A stretch of DNA of 64,000 bases from a virus (Duplodnaviria > Caudoviricetes), in the IMG/VR virus record IMGVR_UViG_3300025389_001172, positions 1 through 64,000 of that record; one strand, written 5' to 3'. The notes under the pieces were generated by a model, which had not been told where the DNA came from, ran no database searches, and saw nothing but the letters and a program-made list of their open reading frames with translations. Below, piece after piece: positions 58,169-64,000 of the stretch (position 1 is the stretch's first letter; each line of letters opens with the position of its first letter). A program made the position numbers and the translations under genes.

Positions 58169-58860
58169 AATAAATCTAAAAACCCTTGTCCAGAAAAATG
58201 TCGTTTCTTAAACTCTTCTACTGGAACTCTAATAACTTTATATCCTTTACTACTAAACCATAAATCTCTAACAGCATCTTGTTCTACGGTTTTTCTATGT
58301 TGTGTGCCATCTAATTCTATAATCAACTTCTTTTCTTCGAAGATAAAATCTGGAAAGTAATTCTTTCTTAAATCTTCGTTCCAAAAATGAACTTCTGTAT
58401 CCCATCCTGTAATACCATTATACCTGAGGTAGTCCTCAAATGTCAACTCCATCCAACTTCTTTTATGTCTGCCTAGATTCTTTCTGTTTAGAGGATTTTT
58501 TAACCACTCTGTGCGTGCCTTAGATATTCTAGCTTTTGTTTCTTCTGTATGAGGTCTGCTTACTCCTGGTCTTCCTTTGAGCTTGTCTGCAACTATCGCA
58601 ATACTAGGATGAGTATCTTTAGATAGCCCTTTAGCCCAATTCATTCTGTCTTTGGATTCTTGAGAAAGATTGTTATAGGTAGCTACATAATCTCTTCCGG
58701 AATTTTTCAGACCTTGGCTATTTTTCCTTTTATTCTCTGGACAACTATTACTGCTTCTACAGCACATCAATCTCTTAGATCCATTGATATATTGAGCGAT
58801 ATTACCACAACCATAGGAGCATAGTTCTGTAGTTGTTATAGGGTCGGCTATTCTTTTCAC
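58159..58860 (-). mobile_element. Free-standing homing-type endonuclease (Zn ribbon, NUMOD3, DUF559/Vsr-like domain)
   Basis: CSYGCG, HTEETKARIS, YFPDF..IIELDG.QH...DAVRD..GYKVIRV; AT-rich; overlaps tRNA-Leu 5' end. Confidence 0.8.
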
Positions 58861-58897
58861 ATAGTTATTTATACAAAAAGACTAGCTTGTCTACCAA

Positions 58898-59515
58898 TTA
58901 CTTGAACTTTGGACCCAAACACCAGATCACTATGCTACGGCGACAACCTTTCTTGACAGGTTTCACAGCATGGATCACATAGCTGGGGAACGCCAAGACA
59001 CGACCACGCTTCTGTAGTGCAATCTCGGGATTTTTACCGCCCGTGTCGAACTCGAACTCGCCGCCTGTGTATTCTGATGGATCACTCAATATGAGACTGA
59101 GGCTTAACTTGCGAGGGGTCTTCATATCTGGGGGAACGCGGTCGCCCATGATCATGTCCATATGTCGATCATATTTAGATCCCTTGTCTCTATACTCTGT
59201 GTATTGGAAGAACTCAAATCCTAAGAGATCCATGCAGTAGAAATTCTTGTTGATATGATCTGTGAGATTAAGCATCTTGTCGAAGAACCATTGATTTTCT
59301 GGAGTTATGTGATGCATACAGACTTCGCTCTTGCGGACGGTTTCATCTGTAGATCCTTTGACATCTGAAACGATAGTTCCAGTAGTTAGTTCACCTGTGG
59401 TAGCACAGTAGGTCTCTATGGCCTTGATTTCATCTTCTGAGAACCAACCATCCCAATAGACATAGGGATAGGTGATGTTGTAGTTTGAATTTGGTCTATA
59501 ACTTAAAAATGTCAT
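58898..59515 (-). CDS. 2OG-Fe(II) oxygenase
   Basis: HMD, RKLS, YTGGEF, FPSYVIHAV, RRSIVIW. Confidence 0.9.
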   Translation of the reverse strand: MTFLSYRPNSNYNITYPYVYWDGWFSEDEIKAIETYCATTGELTTGTIVSDVKGSTDETVRKSEVCMHHITPENQWFFDKMLNLTDHINKNFYCMDLLGFEFFQYTEYRDKGSKYDRHMDMIMGDRVPPDMKTPRKLSLSLILSDPSEYTGGEFEFDTGGKNPEIALQKRGRVLAFPSYVIHAVKPVKKGCRRSIVIWCLGPKFK

Positions 59516-59523
59516 GAGTGTCC

Positions 59524-60096
59524 TTAAAATGGATTTTTAACCAAGCCTAACATTGGACGCTTGTCCAAGGCCCATTCGGCATACTTGCCATCTAGATCTA
59601 CATAGTGCAGGAACACCTGTATGACCTGCGTATCTACGTCTAATGGATCACGCCAGTGTTCGATATCACAACCTTGATATACCACTAGGTCGCCTGGCTT
59701 CAACGTGACCTTTTTGCCTGCCATGTAGATGGGCCAGGGTTTTGGATCATTGTCCAGACACAGGGTCACTGAGTATTGACAGCTGGGTCGATCTGTATGT
59801 CGATCCAGAGTAGCACCACGCCAATAGATGCGGCTATAGCTGTAGGTTGGGCTCAATCTCTTACCAGTCACACCCTCTATGATAGGCTGTACAGACAGCA
59901 GTAGAGCTTCGCAGACTGAATGTCCATAGTTTACAAAACTGTGGGCACACTGTTCGTCTCCGAATGCAGTGGTGTTGTCTGAGGGAATGTTGTTGATGTA
60001 GTACTGGAGATCTTTGGTGATTACCAGTGCATCCTTGGCCAGCTTGCATACTTCTGGTGATACTGCGTTTTTTACCACCTTATATAATGTTTTCAT
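59524..60096 (-). CDS. 2OG-Fe(II) oxygenase-like protein
   Basis: PTYSYSRIY, HTDR, GD..VYQG...HWR, QVFLHYV. Confidence 0.8.
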   Translation of the reverse strand: MKTLYKVVKNAVSPEVCKLAKDALVITKDLQYYINNIPSDNTTAFGDEQCAHSFVNYGHSVCEALLLSVQPIIEGVTGKRLSPTYSYSRIYWRGATLDRHTDRPSCQYSVTLCLDNDPKPWPIYMAGKKVTLKPGDLVVYQGCDIEHWRDPLDVDTQVIQVFLHYVDLDGKYAEWALDKRPMLGLVKNPF

Positions 60097-60165
60097 CGGT
60101 ATCCTCTATGCTTTGATTATACTTATCGTGAGGGAAAAGGTCAAGCCCCTTTTCTGAGACCTGAC

Positions 60166-60771
60166 CTAATCTATGACAGGGCCGTTGCCATTACGGAAGC
60201 CCACTGTGCCTCCCTCTGCTTCAATCCGTTTGATAACGTCTTCAAAGAGTATTGGAGCAAAGTCTGTGGCTTCTACGCAAACGCAGTGGTAGCGAGGATC
60301 AATCTCATCGCTGTATAAGACTTCTCCAGTTCGGGCATCAACACCTCTCGCCTTCATAACTCTGTTAGCGTGTAAGTGTCCGTGTATATTACAACCAAAC
60401 CTGCCAAGGCTTGCTTCGTGAACAGGAATATGACTTAAAATAAGTCCATTCATCACATGGTAGGCCCGTAATTCTCTAAAGTACTGCCTATACTCATCAT
60501 CACGGAAGATATCGTGATTACCGCGAATAAGCACTTTGTCACCGTTGAGCCGAGCAAGGGTGCTCATAGCCCGACGGTTAATGACAACGTCACCAAGGTG
60601 GTAAACTTTGTCGTTAGGGCGAACACGTTCATTCCAGGCCTGGACCATGGCTTCATCCATCTCCTCAGGATTGTCCCATGGCCGTAATTTTGTTACGCCG
60701 TCGTTACGCATGAAGCGGCATACACCTGCGTGACCGAAGTGTGTGTCGCTGACTAAAAATACTGAGGGCAT
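60166..60771 (-). CDS. Calcineurin-like metallophosphoesterase
   Basis: SDTHFGH, HLGD, GNHD, HGHLH. Confidence 0.9.
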   Translation of the reverse strand: MPSVFLVSDTHFGHAGVCRFMRNDGVTKLRPWDNPEEMDEAMVQAWNERVRPNDKVYHLGDVVINRRAMSTLARLNGDKVLIRGNHDIFRDDEYRQYFRELRAYHVMNGLILSHIPVHEASLGRFGCNIHGHLHANRVMKARGVDARTGEVLYSDEIDPRYHCVCVEATDFAPILFEDVIKRIEAEGGTVGFRNGNGPVID

Positions 60772-60784
60772 ATACTACTCCTTT

Positions 60785-61093
60785 CTAGGCTACTAGCCAT
60801 TTGATCTGATCTTTGAGTATGATTGTTTCATTACCATCATACTCGTCTATCTTAAATTCTGTTCCTTCTGGAATCCACTTGATCACTAGATCTCCGAGTC
60901 CACTTAGATATAGGTCTGGGTATTTCAGATCCACATAGGTTTCCAGTTTGTCCAATTCCTGTGTCTCTACATAATGCACTATAGTTGGATCGAATAGGAT
61001 TTCTGGATTCTGTAGATTCCACGTGTACCATCCTGCTCCAAATTGAGGAGAGAATACCACAGCTACCTTTCCATCTCTGACTACCTTTTCCAT
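60785..61093 (-). CDS. Hypothetical protein
   Basis: SPQFGAGWYTWN...EYDGNE; TTGACA-17-TATAAT promoter upstream. Confidence 0.65.
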   Translation of the reverse strand: MEKVVRDGKVAVVFSPQFGAGWYTWNLQNPEILFDPTIVHYVETQELDKLETYVDLKYPDLYLSGLGDLVIKWIPEGTEFKIDEYDGNETIILKDQIKWLVA

Positions 61094-61318
61094 AGATCTC
61101 TCCTCTCATTAAACACTTATTATACAGCAATTTTACCAGAGTGTCAACCAAAAAAAATCCCCCCAAAGTGTGCGGTCTATGACTAAGCATGGAGGGACCG
61201 TGTTGTTGGTCTAGAGTTTTGTGTGTCAGGTACCCTAGTGACCCCGTGAGCCCAGCCCATCCTGTTTTCGGGTCAGCGGAGGCGGAATTTGGTTACAGGT
61301 CCGCATGATATTTATTCT

Positions 61319-61410
61319 TGGCCGAGGGTCAGGGAGTCGAACCCTCGGATCAGGTTTCCCCGATCCGCAGTTTAGCAAACTGCTGATTTAAGCCACTCAT
61401 CCACGTCTCT
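61319..61410 (-). tRNA. tRNA-Ser(GCT), chimeric, with unpaired acceptor stem
   Basis: Good D, anticodon and variable arms; 5' AGAGACG does not pair with 3' ACCCUCG. Confidence 0.7.
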
Positions 61411-61411
61411 T

Positions 61412-61485
61412 TGGAGCGGGATGCGAGAATCGAACTCGCGACTAGAGCTTGGAAGGCTGTCGTTTTACCATTAAACTAATCCCGC
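61412..61485 (-). tRNA. tRNA-Gly(TCC)
   Basis: Cloverleaf, CT-TCC-AA, ends UCCA. Confidence 0.9.
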
Positions 61486-61563
61486 ATGTCGTATCACACT
61501 ACCAGAAACGGCTAGGCCTACTCGGTTCGGTGATATGTCTATAATTTACTTATTCACATCCTA

Positions 61564-61637
61564 TGGCGTCCCCCCAGGGATTCGAACCCCGACCGACGGT
61601 TTTGGAGACCGCAATACTACCCTTATACTAGAGAGAC
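61564..61637 (-). tRNA. tRNA-Trp(CCA)
   Basis: Cloverleaf, CT-CCA-AA, CCA end. Confidence 0.9.
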
Positions 61638-61643
61638 GATACC

Positions 61644-61718
61644 TGGCGGTCCCGAGGGGTAACGATCCCCTTCTTCGACAGTGACAGTGTCGTGTGCGTC
61701 CATGAACACTTCGAGACC
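61644..61718 (-). tRNA. tRNA-Asp(GTC)
   Basis: Cloverleaf, CT-GTC-AC; atypical T loop AUCGUUA. Confidence 0.85.
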
Positions 61719-61724
61719 TAATAC

Positions 61725-61800
61725 TGGTTGCGGGTCTTGGATTTGAACCAAGGATGGCAAAGGCTTATGAGACCTCGCTGGTGACCTGACCCTACCCGCA
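61725..61800 (-). tRNA. tRNA-Met(CAT) (Met/fMet/Ile2 not resolved)
   Basis: CT-CAT-AA loop, UGCGGGU/ACCCGCA acceptor, CCA end; weak D arm. Confidence 0.8.
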
Positions 61801-61811
61801 TAGATTGTGTT

Positions 61812-61895
61812 TGGTGGAGCATCCTGGGATCGAACCAGGCGTGCCAGAGGCGGCGGATTTACAGTCCGCTGAATCACCATTGATTCTTCTGCTCC
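61812..61895 (-). tRNA. tRNA-Tyr(GTA)
   Basis: Cloverleaf with long variable arm, CT-GTA-AA, CCA end. Confidence 0.92.
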
Positions 61896-62251
61896 ATTAA
61901 AGAATAGCTGTACCAGCTCTAGGAGCTGAGCGAATTTTGGAGTCTTCCGCGACGAAGTCCTAAGCCATTGCCCTAGTTTTCTCAGGACTGATCGATGGCC
62001 CGACCAGCCCGCCTAGTGTTGACGTCTCAACACGCTACCTCGACAGCTATTTTTTAATGATACCATATTGAAACACACTATTGAGATTTCACTTTTCAAG
62101 TCAGGGTCCGGATGACCAAGCGCCGCTACTCGCAGGTTTTGAATAATGTGTTTCAATATGGTAACTATATTGTAATTGACTAGAGCTGGATTCGAACCAA
62201 CATCTCTCTCGAAGGCTTACCATTAGCCTCATCCAATCAATTACAATATAG
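61896..62251 (-). ncRNA. Three abutting long-stem-bounded structured RNAs at the head of the tRNA operon
   Basis: Terminal inverted repeats 61895-61911/62043-62059, 62061-62077/62147-62163, 62165-62179/62237-62251. Confidence 0.6.
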
Positions 62252-62406
62252 AGCCTTTTACAAGGCTTATATTTTGCTACTTGCGTTGTTAAAGAACTGT
62301 AATTTCTTACTATACATGTATTATACGCAAATTGGCATTTGTAGTCAACCAAAATACTGTTGCACATTTACAACATCTAATCTCTGTTTATGCAATAAAT
62401 ACTTGC

Positions 62407-63054
62407 GTGAAAATACTTGAAATATTAAAAGAATACGACGACAACGACAGCTGGGCAGAACACAAGTCAAGAGTTTGGCTAATGGAGTTTTTAGAGTCTC
62501 GCGGTTACAAATTCATGGGCGAAGGCCAGGATGCCATGGTGTTTCGCAACGGCAGAGGCACTGTGTTAAAAGTGTACGGATTTAATCAAGATCCTGGGCG
62601 GGGCGACAAACCAAGAGATCAATTCAAATTCTATCGCATAGCAAAAAAGATAAACTCACCATTTGTTCCTCGATTTGGAGAACCCAAAACTATCCCGGTC
62701 AAGGGGATAACTTACACCATCATACCCACAGAAGAATTAAGTGCTATGCCACAGGATCCAGAAATGGAATACACTCTAGTAACTTGGTTACGTCATTGTG
62801 AACCCTACGATCTTCCGGTATATGCCGGTTTAACCCATGCATTAAATAACTGGACAAGTCCTGCGGCGCAAAAAACAATTAACCGAGGCATAGACTATTT
62901 AAACAAAGTGGGAACCAACACCTTTGACGGCTTTGAAAAAGTTCTTGTAAAAATTTGTCGATTGGGAAACTGCAACGATGCGATAGAAAACTCAGACAGC
63001 AATATAATGTGGCGCGGTAATACTCCTGTGATCAATGATCCCTACGCTGATTAA
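62407..63054 (+). CDS. Protein-kinase-fold enzyme
   Basis: GEGQDAMVF, VLKV, EEL, D......NIM, INDP; GTG start just after TAAATA; N-terminus MKILEILKE. Confidence 0.65.
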   Translation: MKILEILKEYDDNDSWAEHKSRVWLMEFLESRGYKFMGEGQDAMVFRNGRGTVLKVYGFNQDPGRGDKPRDQFKFYRIAKKINSPFVPRFGEPKTIPVKGITYTIIPTEELSAMPQDPEMEYTLVTWLRHCEPYDLPVYAGLTHALNNWTSPAAQKTINRGIDYLNKVGTNTFDGFEKVLVKICRLGNCNDAIENSDSNIMWRGNTPVINDPYAD

Positions 63055-63077
63055 AACCATCTGTTGACTTCAATTAG

Positions 63078-63151
63078 TGGTGCCCCAGGTGGGACTCGAA
63101 CCCCAACGGACGGAATCAAAATCCGTAATGCTACCATTACATCATACCCCA
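63078..63151 (-). tRNA. tRNA-Gln(TTG), chimeric, with unpaired acceptor stem
   Basis: TT-TTG-AT loop; 5' UGGGGUA cannot pair with 3' CUGGGGC. Confidence 0.7.
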
Positions 63152-63157
63152 ATTACG

Positions 63158-63216
63158 TGGCGCTCCCGACCGGATTCGAACCGGTGTACTGTCCTAGGCC
63201 TCTAGACGACGGGAGC
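63158..63216 (-). ncRNA. Anticodon-less tRNA (Glu/Asp-type body)
   Basis: GCUCCCG/CGGGAGC acceptor, D arm GUCUAGAGGCCUAGGAC, perfect T arm, GCCA end; only AGUAC between D and T arms. Confidence 0.75.
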
Positions 63217-63500
63217 CAAATCGTTTATTTTATTGTTAAAGAGCAGTACAACCTATAAAACTATTGTACAGTCATTCTGGTAAAATGTCAACCTATACTG
63301 AGTACATTTCTATGATATTTGCCAGGTGTAGATATTCCTCTAACGAAACTGGCTGTAGACCTCGGGCTGATCTACGCTTATTGAACTCCCTAAGGATGTT
63401 TCTATATTTCACATAACCCTCGATGTGTAGTTGTGATATACTAATAACGCAGGTGGTTCGGAGAAAGTTTACAGGGCCTGGTGTTGTATTTTCGCCACAG

Positions 63501-64000
63501 TTAGATCCAACGTCCCCAATCTGGATGGAAGTGCGAATCATCCTCACTGCGTTCCACACCATCGCCTATGGTACGGAGACTGCGACCTATACCTGTCATA
63601 GGGAATTGGACTCCTAGATCCCTCAAGGTCACTGCTACCATGGTCTCTGTGGCCATGGGCAATCCTGGATTCTGGGAGTAGACACGATCGAAGTGATTGA
63701 CTATGTCTCCATATTTCTGGATGGCCGCTGGTAGGCCTATGCCAAAGGTATCGTCTATGAGATTGCCTCTGCGATCATCAGGGGTCAATATGACGTTGGG
63801 ATTCTGCTTGAGGAACTCCAAAGCCTGGGCCAGATCGACTGTGGTGCGTAGACCTATATCAGCTCGACTACGGATCAGCAGATCGTATTGGATATTTGAT
63901 CGCTGTCTTAACAGATCACATTGGTGTACCATCCAATACTGTTGGAACAGCATCTCGGGCTCACACTGTACCCGTTCTGTGTAGTGTCTAGGCACGCCGG
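63501..64000 (-). CDS. Partial hypothetical protein, possibly glycosyltransferase-like
   Basis: YDLLIRSRADI and DDTFGIG motifs; open at window end. Confidence 0.5.
   Translation of the reverse strand, partial: GVPRHYTERVQCEPEMLFQQYWMVHQCDLLRQRSNIQYDLLIRSRADIGLRTTVDLAQALEFLKQNPNVILTPDDRRGNLIDDTFGIGLPAAIQKYGDIVNHFDRVYSQNPGLPMATETMVAVTLRDLGVQFPMTGIGRSLRTIGDGVERSEDDSHFHPDWGRWI

Noticed and set aside
61623-62367. ORFs 61623-61880, 62101-62367 and the N-terminal extension of 62332-63054
   Set aside because: They overlap tRNA/ncRNA genes and a promoter; spurious

Overview
A 64-kb piece of a large T4-superfamily-like (jumbo) dsDNA phage genome in the standard genetic code, with almost all genes on the minus strand. 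Replication genes: family-B DNA polymerase, sliding clamp, clamp loader, DsbA-like protein, DnaE fragment. DNA modification: a dispersed 7-deazaguanine pathway (FolE, QueD, DpdL-like T-fold protein, TGT-fold DpdA) next to glycosyltransferase and UDP-xylose synthase genes. Proteostasis and stress: ClpA, ClpP, DnaJ, GroES, Dps, SOD, UvsE, PhoH. Also a lysis cassette, tail and fibre genes, an RNAP omega homologue, 2OG-Fe(II) oxygenases and a tRNA region. Three things stand out. (1) A block of probable capsid-internal proteins, including two giant modular polyproteins whose enzyme modules are separated by a DNA-conserved GGTGTGGCGGAAG (GVAE/G) linker. (2) A deazaguanine system in which DpdA shares the polymerase's clamp-binding motif and queD has a preQ1-I-like leader. 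(3) Several non-canonical tRNA-like and stem-bounded ncRNAs. All calls come from reading motifs by eye; no database searches were run.
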